Shown here: positions 8,672 to 18,296 of the stretch, piece after piece | Numbering within the stretch: position 1 is the stretch's first letter | Layout of the letters: each line of letters begins with the position of its first letter | NCBI GenBank assembly: GCA_963719515.1 | Contig: CAVRCJ010000006.1 | Span: forward strand, 368,029-432,028 | Length of the DNA stretch: 64,000 nucleotides | Origin: an uncultured cyanobacterium | GTDB lineage: Bacteria > Cyanobacteriota > Cyanobacteriia > CAKZMO01 | Direction of reading: 5' to 3' | Translations under genes and position numbers: made by a program | The notes under the pieces: model-generated | The model's database searches: none | What the model was told of the DNA's origin: nothing | The model's input: the letters and a program-made list of their open reading frames with translations, nothing else

Positions 8672-9151
8672 GTGAGTTGCGCTAAGAGCCCCGAAACCGA
8701 TCCCCCAGACTTCACCGGACAGAACCTAACCGGGCATGACTTCTCCAACCAAGATCTTCGAGAGGCAGTTTTCACGGGGGCTATTCTTGTAGGGGCTAAT
8801 TTCTCCCGCGCCTGTCTCGACGGCGCTACTTTAGACAGGGCTGACCTCACCCAAGCAAATTTCAGGTACGCCCATATGGAAGGGGCGAGCTTGAAGCGGA
8901 CCTATCTCGACAGAACAATATTCAGATGCGCCTTTTTGTCCTACTCCGATTTTGGCAACGCGGCGCTGATTGACGTCGATTTCACCCGCGCCGACCTCAG
9001 CGGTGCGGTAATTAGCGATACGCGGCTGAAAGCCTGTCACATCACTAATGCCGTGCTGCCAGACTGGAGCATCGTCTACGAAACTCAGCTCACCCTCGAA
9101 GGGGGGTACCTGATGAATTTTGAGAATAATGCCCTGGCCACCTTTGACTAG
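8672..9151 (+). CDS. pentapeptide repeat protein
   Basis: It consists of tandem A(D/N)LxG-type pentapeptides, for example ANFSRACLDGATLDRADLTQANFRYAHMEGASL. Confidence 0.8.
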   Translation: MSCAKSPETDPPDFTGQNLTGHDFSNQDLREAVFTGAILVGANFSRACLDGATLDRADLTQANFRYAHMEGASLKRTYLDRTIFRCAFLSYSDFGNAALIDVDFTRADLSGAVISDTRLKACHITNAVLPDWSIVYETQLTLEGGYLMNFENNALATFD

Positions 9152-9181
9152 GCAACAGCGATCGCAGCGGCATTTCCAAGA

Positions 9182-9216
9182 AAGATCTTGGAGCCCTCAA
9201 AGAACTCCAAGATCTT
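9182..9216. terminator. 12-bp perfect hairpin aagatcttggag / ctccaagatctt with an 11-nt loop, between convergent genes
   Basis: I read it directly. It lies between the pentapeptide gene (+) and the GH9 gene (-). There is no strong T-run, so the terminator call is tentative. Confidence 0.4.
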
Positions 9217-9249
9217 CCGCGTGCAGCGGTGTGTGGCCCCTCAGCTTAT

Positions 9250-11181
9250 CTAGTTGATGCCGTCCGGCACAGCAACGCCCGGTAGGGCCTCTAGCTCCGC
9301 TCCGCTCAGCGGACTGCCGCCAAACTGGTCATATTGCCGCGCCAGCGCTCCCGTAAACGCCGCGTTGTAGTCGAGCGCGACCTCGTTGCGAATGTAGTCG
9401 CTGCGGTCGTCTCGGTAGTCCCCATCGCTGGGAGACGCTGGCCCGCCAACCAATGCCCCATAGAGTATATTGGCGTTTGGCGCACCGCTGTTGAAGCTAT
9501 CCCAGCCGCCGCCGTGGGAGCCTCTGTGGTGAGGCTGCTGCGGAGAGCTCTCTCCAAAGCCCACCATGTAGCTAAAGCTGCTGGGGTTCTCTCCCAATAG
9601 ATAATCGATTTGGCGATCGCTGAAGTCGCTGTAGCGCTGGTTAGGGTCATTGACTGTATCACCATACACCCCGGCCAAGAACGCCGTGTTGGCGCTCAGA
9701 CGCAGCGACCCCCATTGGTCTAGCCAAGCTAAGCCGCCGTCCGTTTGAGCAACCCCCGCGCCGCTGTCGTCGCTCCACCAGTCCAGCCAACCCTCAACGT
9801 CCTGGCGATAGCGGGGGTTATCGCTTTCCTGCGCCAGCAGCACCGCCGTACCGTAAGCCTTGTCGTCCCAGGTGTGGGTGTAGCGAGCCAGCCCTTGGTA
9901 GGCGGCTTCGGCCTTGTCCAGATAGGCTTGGTCTCCTGTCGCTTTGTAGAGCCACGTTGCGCCCCAGGCCAGCTCGTCTTGATATCCACTCCAAGAGTTG
10001 TAAAAGTCTTTGGCGTTGTCGATGGCGTCAGAATACTTGCCGCGATGCTCATCGGCAAAGGCATAGAGCTGTTTGGCGTTCTCCAGCAGGCGGTCGGCGT
10101 AGGCCGAGTCGCTTTGGCGGAACAGCAGAGAGGCCGATGCCAGTGCGGCTGCCGACTCACCCGCCAGATCTGACCCCGGGTTGGCCGCATCAATCTTGAA
10201 GGCAGGGCGGTCCATAGTCATCTCTTCCGCTGCCCCCCAGTAAGCATGGTCGGCGTTGCCGTCTCCCACCTGGCCCCAAAAAGCTTGGGTCTTACCCCCC
10301 TCGGTAATGTGGGCTTTCAAGATGTAGTCTGTCCCCCAGCGCACGGCCTCCATCAGCTCGCCCAACTGCCCGCTAGATTGGTAGGCCTCTTCATACTCCA
10401 ATGCGCCCCAGCTCAGCAGCGTCATCGAGGCCGCCATAGGAAACCCAAATTTCACGTGGTCCCCCGCGTCGTAGTAGCCGCCGGTGAGATCAACGCCAAC
10501 ATCAGCGCCATCATCCAGCGCTGAATCGCCGCGCCACTCAATGCGGCTGTCGTCAGGAAGGGGGCCAGAGCGCTGCGCCTCGTAGAATAGCAGGGACTTC
10601 TGCAGCGCCTCGCCGTAGTTAAAGTCTCCGGTAGCTGTGTCAGCGCTGCTGCCGGAATCGCTGACAGAACCATCATCAGCACTACCCACGTCGTCGCTAG
10701 CGCTCTCACGCCCGGCGTCCGGGCCATCACTTGAGTCGCTGCCCACATCACCCGAGGCGGGCGCAGCGCCATCGCCCGTTTCCTGCTCCGCTGCGGGCAC
10801 CTCCTCCGACGGCGTTGAGGCCGGACCGGAATCGGCGGCTCCACTATCGCTGTTGCCACCAGATGGGGTAGGCGTGGCCTCACTATTGACGGCGATCGCC
10901 GCTAGCTCTCCCGGCGACCCTGCTCCATTAAAGCCAATGGAGACCTCACCACCAGCGGCAATCGTGCCATTCCAGCTAGCGTTCTCGATGGTGTAGCGGT
11001 AGCCTCCCGGTACCGGCTTGCGAGCGACGATTTGAGCGTTCCAAATATGAGCAATCTCAAACGGGGCTTCAAATTCAATCGTCCAGTTGTCTAGGGCAGA
11101 CGGCGAAGCAAGCACGAGCTGCCCCGTGAATCCGCTGCCCCAGTCATTCTCAACGGAAAAGGTAACGTCTGCGGCTGCCAT
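9250..11181 (-). CDS. GH9 endoglucanase with an N-terminal CBM2 carbohydrate-binding module and an Asp/Ser/Gly-rich linker. There is no N-terminal signal peptide.
   Basis: The CBM2 pattern WGSGFTGQL...WNAQIV...NASWNGTIAAGGEVSIGFNG is present. GH9 motifs include DAGDHVKFGFPMA. An in-frame TAG lies 5 codons upstream of the ATG and an AGAGGA RBS precedes it. Confidence 0.85.
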   Translation of the reverse strand: MAAADVTFSVENDWGSGFTGQLVLASPSALDNWTIEFEAPFEIAHIWNAQIVARKPVPGGYRYTIENASWNGTIAAGGEVSIGFNGAGSPGELAAIAVNSEATPTPSGGNSDSGAADSGPASTPSEEVPAAEQETGDGAAPASGDVGSDSSDGPDAGRESASDDVGSADDGSVSDSGSSADTATGDFNYGEALQKSLLFYEAQRSGPLPDDSRIEWRGDSALDDGADVGVDLTGGYYDAGDHVKFGFPMAASMTLLSWGALEYEEAYQSSGQLGELMEAVRWGTDYILKAHITEGGKTQAFWGQVGDGNADHAYWGAAEEMTMDRPAFKIDAANPGSDLAGESAAALASASLLFRQSDSAYADRLLENAKQLYAFADEHRGKYSDAIDNAKDFYNSWSGYQDELAWGATWLYKATGDQAYLDKAEAAYQGLARYTHTWDDKAYGTAVLLAQESDNPRYRQDVEGWLDWWSDDSGAGVAQTDGGLAWLDQWGSLRLSANTAFLAGVYGDTVNDPNQRYSDFSDRQIDYLLGENPSSFSYMVGFGESSPQQPHHRGSHGGGWDSFNSGAPNANILYGALVGGPASPSDGDYRDDRSDYIRNEVALDYNAAFTGALARQYDQFGGSPLSGAELEALPGVAVPDGIN

Positions 11182-11371
11182 AAGATAAGTCCTCTAAAAA
11201 TATTTTCCAAAGCAAAAAGGCTCCCACCCAATCTCTTGAGTAGAAGCCTTCCGCTGATATGTAGTAAGACTCGTCTCTCGAATAACAGTTCCAGCGAGGC
11301 GAAGCGAAATCCGGACTATTCTGCGAAGGAGGCTGCCCTAAAGTGAAATCCAGCGCAGAATTGCAGCGGGG

Positions 11372-12319
11372 CTACAGGCGCAACCGCGCCATCTGACAGT
11401 CCCGCTCAATCTGCGCCTTCAGCGCCTCCAGAGACTCGAAGGGCTGCTCAGCCCGCAAAAAAGCCTGCAGCTCGACTTTAAGCTGCTGTCCATACAGATC
11501 TTGTGACCAGTCCAACAGATGGGCTTCTATGGTGCGGTGGGTGCCCTGTACCGTAGGCCGATAGCCAATATTGACCACTCCAGCGATCGCGGCGGTCTGC
11601 CCTTCGGCCCATACATAGGCCGCGTAGACGCCTGTGCAAGGGACGAACTTGCATGGGGGAAGATCGAGATTGGCGGTGGGAAAGCTCAAGGTTCGGCCTA
11701 GGTGCTGCCCATGGACAACGGTGCCAAAGAGCGTATAGGGGCGTCCTAGCTGCCGGTTGGCTTTCTCTAGGCCACCGCTGCTGAGGACGTCGCGAATCGC
11801 CGATGAGCTGATGCGATCGCCTCCAGAGACCTCAAGGGGGGTGATGTAAACCTCAACCCCGTGGGCAGCGGCGATCGCTTTAAGATCTCCCGCAGTGCCA
11901 GCGCGCCGACAGCCAAACCGAAAGTTCTCCCCCACGCTCAGATATTTAACCTCTAGCTGCTCAATCAAAATAGAGGTGATGAAATTCTCTGGGGATAGAC
12001 TGGCCATGGCCCGGTCAAAAGGCAGCAGCACTAGCTGCTCTACCCCAAGGGTAAACAAATACTCGGCCTTTTCCTCAGCGGGGGTAAGCAGGGTCCGCTG
12101 CTCACCGCTGAAAAAAGCCCGGGGGTGGGGATCGAACGAAACAACGGTCTTGTGCCCTGACGAAGCCCGCAGCATAGGATGGATCACCTCAAGATGACCC
12201 CGATGGACGCCATCAAAGTTTCCGAGTGCGATTGCTGTAGGACGTTGAAGGGCTAGTTGAGAAGAAATAACCTGCACGTGTTGGTATCGAGAGAATGGGC
12301 GAGCGGCCCCGTGAGTCAT
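11372..12319 (-). CDS. ribF: bifunctional riboflavin kinase / FMN adenylyltransferase
   Basis: The motifs ALGNFDGVHRGH, the PTANL flavokinase region and GYRPT are present. I chose the shorter start to avoid overlapping the upstream gene. Confidence 0.85.
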   Translation of the reverse strand: MTHGAARPFSRYQHVQVISSQLALQRPTAIALGNFDGVHRGHLEVIHPMLRASSGHKTVVSFDPHPRAFFSGEQRTLLTPAEEKAEYLFTLGVEQLVLLPFDRAMASLSPENFITSILIEQLEVKYLSVGENFRFGCRRAGTAGDLKAIAAAHGVEVYITPLEVSGGDRISSSAIRDVLSSGGLEKANRQLGRPYTLFGTVVHGQHLGRTLSFPTANLDLPPCKFVPCTGVYAAYVWAEGQTAAIAGVVNIGYRPTVQGTHRTIEAHLLDWSQDLYGQQLKVELQAFLRAEQPFESLEALKAQIERDCQMARLRL

Positions 12320-12342
12320 TTGCCTCAGCGACCCGCAAACCG

Positions 12343-13263
12343 CTATCGGGCGCGGCTCACGACCGTATCTTCGACGCTGGCTGTCGGAGTCGCCCCGAGA
12401 TTGAGCTCTAGCCCTTCCCAAGCCACGGTACTGTTGGGGAAGTGCTCGGCGGCTTCTTGCTTAATATTGTCCATGAATTCGTCGCTGTGAAGCGGATCAT
12501 GGTGGAAAATGATCAGCTGCTTGACGTTGGCAGCGCGGGCAATCTTTACCGCCTCTTGCCAAGTCGAATGGCCCCACCCAACCTTACCCACCGGCTTCTC
12601 GTTATACTCGGCGTCCGTATAGGTCGAGTCATAGATGAAAACGTCTGCATCTTGGGCAAGCCACAAGACGTTGTCGTCTAGGCGATCGGGGAAATGCTCT
12701 GTATCGGTAACGTAGGCCGCAGAGAAGCCATTCCAGCTGACGCGGTAGCCCACGGCCTCACCGGGATGGTTGAGCATGCGGTTGTCTACGCGAATGTCGC
12801 CTACTTGGATTGAATCCCCCACCTCAATGTCGTGGAAGCGAAGGGATGCGCCCATAATCTGCAGCGGCACAGGGAAGTTAGGATGCAGCATTTGGTCGTT
12901 AAGCCGCTGCTCGACCGTTGAGCCGTTGGGGGCTACCGTGCCGTAAATGTTGAACTTGTTGCCGGGAACAAACGCTGGGGTAAAGAAAGGAAACCCCTGA
13001 ATGTGGTCCCAGTGGGAGTGGGTAAAGAACATGCTAGCTTCGACTGGGGTGTGCTTAAGCAGCTCTTGACCCAATACCCGCAGCCCTGTGCCACCGTCAA
13101 AAATTAGCCGGTGCCCATCAATCAGCATCTCAATACAGGACGTATTGCCGCCATATCGAACAGTATGTCCGCCAGGACAAGCGATACTACCGCGAACCCC
13201 CCAGAAGCGAACTTTGAACTGACCTTCAGCGAGCTGTCCGTTACTCTCAGACATGAGTATCAC
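12343..13263 (-). CDS. MBL-fold metallo-hydrolase
   Basis: THSHWDH (HxHxDH) and the other MBL motifs are present. The ORF is 306 aa. Confidence 0.8.
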   Translation of the reverse strand: MILMSESNGQLAEGQFKVRFWGVRGSIACPGGHTVRYGGNTSCIEMLIDGHRLIFDGGTGLRVLGQELLKHTPVEASMFFTHSHWDHIQGFPFFTPAFVPGNKFNIYGTVAPNGSTVEQRLNDQMLHPNFPVPLQIMGASLRFHDIEVGDSIQVGDIRVDNRMLNHPGEAVGYRVSWNGFSAAYVTDTEHFPDRLDDNVLWLAQDADVFIYDSTYTDAEYNEKPVGKVGWGHSTWQEAVKIARAANVKQLIIFHHDPLHSDEFMDNIKQEAAEHFPNSTVAWEGLELNLGATPTASVEDTVVSRAR

Positions 13264-13605
13264 TTACACTCAAGTTAACTATTCCTGTAGAGGACCCTGT
13301 CACCCTCAATCCTTATCCAATTCTAATGATTATCGCCTAGGGATCGCATGTCACCGATCACAAAATAGCTCAAATCTCTGAAATGTTGTTCGCCGCAAGA
13401 ACTATCCTGACAGGTTCACCCAGCGTTGAGGAGTGTGCGATCGCCACCCGTTTTAGGCTTTTCGTATCTTATCTCAACCTTGGCATAAAAGAGTATTGAT
13501 GTGGCAGCAAATTATGGTACTCACAACAAACTTCGTCCAAGCGAGCCTAAAGTGTAGCGCCTTGAAAACTCCTCTCCTACAGGGTCTTGTCAAAGTGACG
13601 CTGGG

Positions 13606-14430
13606 TTATTGACCCAGCCAGGTCCGCTGCTTTAAGTTTCGAAGACCAGAAACGCTCGTCATATTATATTCAAGCGGCGTCACCGTAATGTGGTTGCGGC
13701 GAATAGCCTGCACATCGGTTTGGATTTGCGCGAGCTCATCCAAAAGTTCTTCGCAAAAGGTGTGTTCAGCGACCTCATCAATTTCTTCTAAGACCTCTCC
13801 CGCTAGCCAGTAGTAGGTCTTCCCTCGTGGGTCCACTCGCTTTTCAAATAGATCCACGTAGCGGCGCACCCCCTGTCTGGTTAGCAGTATGCCCTTCATA
13901 GCCGACTCCTCAACAGCGGGGATATTGATATTGAGAAGGGTTGCTTTGGGCAGCGTCTGGTGGTCGAGAGAGGCAACAAGCGATCGCGCCACGTTGGCGG
14001 CAGGCTGAAACTCTTGGGCTGAAAAGCTTGCCAGGCTAAAGGCAATGCTGGGAATACCCTCTATGACCCCTTCCATTGCCGCTGAGACGGTGCCGGAATA
14101 AAGCACGTCAGTGCCCAAGTTGGGGCCATGATTGATTCCAGAGAGCACTAGGTCAGGTGGGGTTTTGAGCAATGCGCCCAGGGCGAGCTTAACGCAGTCG
14201 GCCGGGGTTCCAGAACAGGCCCAGGCGGTAACCGACTCGACAAAAATGGAGTCCACCTGCTCGGCGCGGATAGGATCATGCAGCGTCAGGCCGTGGCCGG
14301 TGGCAGAGCGCTCGCGGTCGGGGCACACCACCGTAATCTCGTGCCCCGCCGCCGATAGGGTGTTTGCCAATGCCCGAATACCTGCTGCAAATACACCGTC
14401 GTCATTGCTGATCAACAACTTCATAGGCAA
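13606..14430 (-). CDS. surE: 5'/3'-nucleotidase SurE
   Basis: The N-terminus [19 protein letters not shown] and the [10 protein letters not shown] motif are present. Confidence 0.9.
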   Translation of the reverse strand: MPMKLLISNDDGVFAAGIRALANTLSAAGHEITVVCPDRERSATGHGLTLHDPIRAEQVDSIFVESVTAWACSGTPADCVKLALGALLKTPPDLVLSGINHGPNLGTDVLYSGTVSAAMEGVIEGIPSIAFSLASFSAQEFQPAANVARSLVASLDHQTLPKATLLNINIPAVEESAMKGILLTRQGVRRYVDLFEKRVDPRGKTYYWLAGEVLEEIDEVAEHTFCEELLDELAQIQTDVQAIRRNHITVTPLEYNMTSVSGLRNLKQRTWLGQ

Positions 14431-14507
14431 CCACCAAGCGCTATAGTTTTCAGCTGCCTTTGCGATAAACTGGGTTAAGATTACGGCTACCGCTGGCTCA
14501 GCCTCAT

Positions 14508-14561
14508 TTTAGGGTAGTCGGGCCATCCGACAGCTTTAGGGTAGTCGGATGGCCCGACAGC
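14508..14561. promoter_or_regulatory. Two perfectly tandem 27-nt units whose cores are reverse complements of each other, giving a perfect 15-bp stem (14516-14530 pairs with 14545-14559)
   Basis: The units are tttagggtagtcgggccatccgacagc and tttagggtagtcggatggcccgacagc. They lie in the divergent surE/pheS intergenic region, 35 nt upstream of the pheS ATG. Confidence 0.6.
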
Positions 14562-14595
14562 GACAGTCCGGCAGCAATAGAATTAACCCAGGCGA

Positions 14596-15594
14596 ATGGC
14601 TAGTCTAACCGAACTTGAATCCCAACTTACACAGCTCCAGACTGGCGCGCAGCAGGCGATCGCTGCAGCCGACGACCTAGAAACTCTAGAGCAGCTCCGC
14701 ATTCAATACCTGGGTAAGAAGGGGCAGATCTCCAAAGTGTTGGGCGGCATGGGTCGCCTAGATCCTCAGGAGCGTCCCCAGGTGGGCGCTCTTGCCAACC
14801 GCGTCAAAACGGCGCTTCAAGAGAATTTGGACCAGCGACGCGGCAGTCTGCAAACTGCCCAAGTTAAGGCTCAGCTGGCTGCTGAGACCCTAGACATCAC
14901 TATGCCAGGGGTCTATCGCCCTCAGGGAAAAGTTCATCCTCTTACAAGCACCGTTGACCGGGCGCTCGACGTGTTTGTGGGCTTAGGCTATACCGTGGCC
15001 GATGGGCCAGAAATCGAAAGCGATTACTACAACTTTGAGGCGCTCAACACGCCGGCAGACCACCCCGCCCGCGACATGCAGGATACCTTTTATCTGCCCG
15101 GTGGAGACCTGCTGCGTACCCACACCTCCTCCATCCAGATTCGCTACATGGAAGAACACGAGCCCCCGATCCGCGTAGCGGCCCCGGGCCGAGTCTATCG
15201 CCGCGATACTGTGGATGCCACTCACTCGGCTGTGTTTCATCAGCTAGAAATCTTGGCGATCGATAAAGGGCTGACGTTTACCGACCTTAAGGGGACGGTG
15301 AGAGTCTTTTTAAGCGCGATGTTCGGGGATTTGCCGATTCGCTTTCGCCCTAGCTTTTTTCCGTTCACTGAGCCCTCAGCAGAGGTCGATGTTCAGTGGC
15401 GGGGCCGCTGGCTTGAGGTTCTAGGCTGCGGTATGGTAGACCCCAACGTGCTTAAAAACGTCGGGTATGATCCTGAGGTGTATACAGGCTTTGCGGCTGG
15501 GTTTGGCGTTGAGCGGTTTGCTATGGTGCTGCACCAGCTCGATGATATTCGTCGCCTCTACAGCAGCGATTTGAGGTTTCTGCGGCAGTTTTAG
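14596..15594 (+). CDS. pheS: phenylalanine--tRNA ligase alpha subunit
   Basis: The class II aaRS core [21 protein letters not shown], the [12 protein letters not shown] motif and [14 protein letters not shown] are present. Confidence 0.95.
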   Translation: MASLTELESQLTQLQTGAQQAIAAADDLETLEQLRIQYLGKKGQISKVLGGMGRLDPQERPQVGALANRVKTALQENLDQRRGSLQTAQVKAQLAAETLDITMPGVYRPQGKVHPLTSTVDRALDVFVGLGYTVADGPEIESDYYNFEALNTPADHPARDMQDTFYLPGGDLLRTHTSSIQIRYMEEHEPPIRVAAPGRVYRRDTVDATHSAVFHQLEILAIDKGLTFTDLKGTVRVFLSAMFGDLPIRFRPSFFPFTEPSAEVDVQWRGRWLEVLGCGMVDPNVLKNVGYDPEVYTGFAAGFGVERFAMVLHQLDDIRRLYSSDLRFLRQF

Positions 15595-15632
15595 ACGGCT
15601 TCACAGTTCGGCTTTACAGCTTAGTTTTACCT

Positions 15633-15926
15633 TTAGCAATAGCGACGGATATCTTCACCGCACTCATCTGCGAGATAGCACAGCGCGCGGAACCGTAGGC
15701 CAACGAGCTGCTCGTAGAGTGGGTTTAGCTTGCACAGCGGCGGGATATGGGCAACATGGTGACCAAACAGGTTGACGTCTCGCTCAAAAGGACATTGGGC
15801 CGGGACGGCATTGGAGATGAATCGAGCCAGTTTGGGGCGGCGGACGTCGATTCTGTCAAGCCAGCGCCGCAGGGGGGAGAAGAGGTCGAGGCGAGACTTG
15901 AGCTGAGCCGAAGATAATATAGTCAT
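15633..15926 (-). CDS. small conserved hypothetical protein, possibly of the Mo-dependent nitrogenase C-terminal domain family
   Basis: The family assignment rests on CPFERDVNLFGHHVAHIPPLCKLNPLYEQLVGLRFRALCYLADECGEDI, which I match to that family from memory only. Confidence 0.45.
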   Translation of the reverse strand: MTILSSAQLKSRLDLFSPLRRWLDRIDVRRPKLARFISNAVPAQCPFERDVNLFGHHVAHIPPLCKLNPLYEQLVGLRFRALCYLADECGEDIRRYC

Positions 15927-16167
15927 GGGTAGCACAGACGTGAATTGGCTAAAGCACAATATTTGACAGTCAGGTTGAGCGTATGGCTCTGAGCAAAGCG
16001 ACTGTAGGACCCCACGGGGGGATGCCCGGCATAGACCTGCTTTGTGGCTATCTACTCATCTGAAATGCTGTTCACTATTACCAAGATACAAACGCTACTA
16101 TTGACTTTCTTGAAGGAATCAGAAAGCATTCCACAATAGGCCTAAAGCTTCCGTAAAGATAAAGGTG

Positions 16168-16398
16168 CTAAACGGCTTCTGGATAAGTAGCGTAGGTTTG
16201 AGAGCGAATGACCCGCAGCGATGGCGATGCGATCGCCCCCTGCACTGAGTTTCTAGCGACATGCTCTCGGTATAGTGCAGCTGCCTCGGCCATGGAGGAG
16301 ACGGCATACTGGATCTTAGCGCCGCCCCCGAGAGGAATGGTCAAGCAGAGCTTCGATGGGTCTGTCCCTCTCAAACTTTTTTGAGTGACTAACATCAC
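16168..16398 (-). CDS. hypothetical small protein (76 aa)
   Basis: The ORF has a GGAAG RBS-like sequence 9 nt upstream. I recognise no domain and it may be spurious. Confidence 0.25.
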   Translation of the reverse strand: MMLVTQKSLRGTDPSKLCLTIPLGGGAKIQYAVSSMAEAAALYREHVARNSVQGAIASPSLRVIRSQTYATYPEAV

Positions 16399-16612
16399 AA
16401 CTTCCTGAGAAACAATGGTGAGCCTGGTTTGGCTGAGTCGCGATTGGCTAATGGACCAATGAGCTGAACCGTCTCAAGCCAGGTATTTGGTAGACTCTAT
16501 ATCTATTAAAGATCCTAATCATTGAGAAGATGTTCCAAGAGCAGTTCGGATCTTGAAGTGGCATAGCGAGGTCTCTCGTAAAATTGGGTCATTGAGGTAA
16601 GCAGCATTACGT

Positions 16613-17323
16613 ATGACATTAGCTACGGTATCGTCTAAAGAAGGACTTTTCGGGGCTGCCCTGCGTTTACGTCTAGTGGTGGGGGTGATGGGCTGCTTTT
16701 TAGGAGTTGCGCTTTTGGGGGGCTGTGCAACTCGGGTTTCTACGCCCGCTCAAGATGAAGCAGCTCAGGCTAAAGACCCGTCAGCAGAAGGCTCCGACTC
16801 ATTTCAGGAGGCCGTACGCAAGGCCACTGAGGCGGCAGCGCTAGGTCAAACGGCAGAGACGGAAAGCGAGTGGGAAGCGATCGCTAAGCTGTGGCAAACT
16901 GCTGCGGACCTGATGCGGGCCGTGCCAGCCGATCACCCTCAGTATGAGATCGCACAGCAGCGAGCGAAGGAAGACTACACCAAGAACTTTCAGGTTGCTC
17001 AGCAACAGGCTGGGACAGCTAGCAATGTGGATCAGACGACGGATGACGATAGATTGACCAAAGTGGACTTTGGGGATGGATGGCCCTTCGTCATCGACGG
17101 AGAACTTCGCTGCGAGCCGGTCAGCGTTGGAGACCGTCAGCTCAAACTCGTGACGCTTCACAGCATTGGTCAGGTTTACGCGGTCAATGGGCCCGCCCAA
17201 GCGCGGGCCAGCGAGCGGGGCTGGCGCAACGTCGATGAAGTCTGGCGCAGCAGCCCAATTGGCTCGGGAAAGGCCCCAATAAATTGGGTGTTGATGCGGG
17301 CGCAGTCGGCCTGCGGGGCCTAG
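16613..17323 (+). CDS. hypothetical lipoprotein
   Basis: A signal peptide and lipobox (VALLGGCA) are followed by a low-complexity linker and a C-terminal domain. Confidence 0.5.
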   Translation: MTLATVSSKEGLFGAALRLRLVVGVMGCFLGVALLGGCATRVSTPAQDEAAQAKDPSAEGSDSFQEAVRKATEAAALGQTAETESEWEAIAKLWQTAADLMRAVPADHPQYEIAQQRAKEDYTKNFQVAQQQAGTASNVDQTTDDDRLTKVDFGDGWPFVIDGELRCEPVSVGDRQLKLVTLHSIGQVYAVNGPAQARASERGWRNVDEVWRSSPIGSGKAPINWVLMRAQSACGA

Positions 17324-17394
17324 GGCTTTGGCCTGCAATTACGGGGCACATGTGGAGCACATATGGGACGCAATGGCCTGTCGTGGCTACGGTT

Positions 17395-18273
17395 CTACTG
17401 ACGGTATGCCAGCACAAAGCGCTCAATGCCTGCTAGGTCGGCAAAGACCTGCACGTCACGGTAGGGTCCCTGATGCAGTAGCTCACAGACCGCGGCCGGC
17501 TGTCCCAGCATGGTCTCTACCAGCCATACCCCCCCGGAAATCAAATAGTCTGGCGCAGCAGCGACCAGCTGACGCACTGCCATTAGCCCATCTTCTCCGC
17601 CATCTAGAGCCAAGAGAGGATCGTGCTGGACCTCCGGGGCAAGGTCGGCCAGCGCCTCGGTAGGAATGTATGGAGGGTTAGAGATGACGCCACCGACCTG
17701 GTTTCGTAGCCCTTGGAGGGGCTCAAACCAGCTCCCTTGATGAAACTGGATTGAGAGCGCGTACCGCTGGGCATTGTGCCGGGCGACCGCTAGCGCGTCA
17801 GGGCTACAGTCCACGGCGTGAACTGCCGCCTCGGGGAGGGCCGTTGCCAGCCCCAAGGCGATCGCCCCGCTGCCTGTCCCTAGGTCGGCCCAAGGGGATC
17901 TTCTAAGAGCCTGCTGGCGTTGCGTGGCTAGCAGCGCCAGATCGATCAGCCGTTCGGTTTCGGGCCTAGGAATTAGAACAGCCGGTGATACCACCAGGTC
18001 GAACTCTCGCCAAGGCGCTTTGCCTATGACGTACTGTACGGGCGATCGCGCTTGAATGCGAGTCTGCCAGCGCCGATTGAGCTCCTCTAAGGGTAGCTCT
18101 AGAGCGACTGCGGACCGCAGCGTCACGGTTTCTAGCCGCAGCGCTAGCCGGTCCAAATCACTGACGTTCAGCAGCACCCAGTCCACCTCGTCGGGAGACA
18201 CCTGATGGGCGATCGCTTGACGGCGGGCCAGCTGCCGCCACTGCCAGAGGTCATCTCCCGACGCAGTATACAT
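17395..18273 (-). CDS. prmC: peptide chain release factor N5-glutamine methyltransferase
   Basis: The NPPY motif (GGVISNPPYIP) and SAM-binding DLGTGSGAIAL are present. Confidence 0.85.
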   Translation of the reverse strand: MYTASGDDLWQWRQLARRQAIAHQVSPDEVDWVLLNVSDLDRLALRLETVTLRSAVALELPLEELNRRWQTRIQARSPVQYVIGKAPWREFDLVVSPAVLIPRPETERLIDLALLATQRQQALRRSPWADLGTGSGAIALGLATALPEAAVHAVDCSPDALAVARHNAQRYALSIQFHQGSWFEPLQGLRNQVGGVISNPPYIPTEALADLAPEVQHDPLLALDGGEDGLMAVRQLVAAAPDYLISGGVWLVETMLGQPAAVCELLHQGPYRDVQVFADLAGIERFVLAYRQ

Positions 18274-18296
18274 GACGGTTGTAGCCTAGCTAGCGA

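Noticed and set aside
9306-10996. Several 80-160 aa ORFs (9306-9665, 9729-10193, 9745-10173, 10452-10883, 10637-10996) lying inside or antisense to the GH9 gene
   Set aside because: They are wholly nested in a well-supported CDS in GC-rich DNA. They have low-complexity Ala/Arg/Pro/Thr-rich translations, no motifs and no RBS.
13290-13600. Possible inverted repeats (cctgtagaggaccctgtcac ... ctcctacagggtcttgtca) bounding a roughly 300-bp MITE-like unit in the MBL/surE intergenic region
   Set aside because: The arms share only short blocks (gaccctg/cagggtc, cctgtag/ctacagg) in inconsistent register. The evidence for a mobile element is insufficient.
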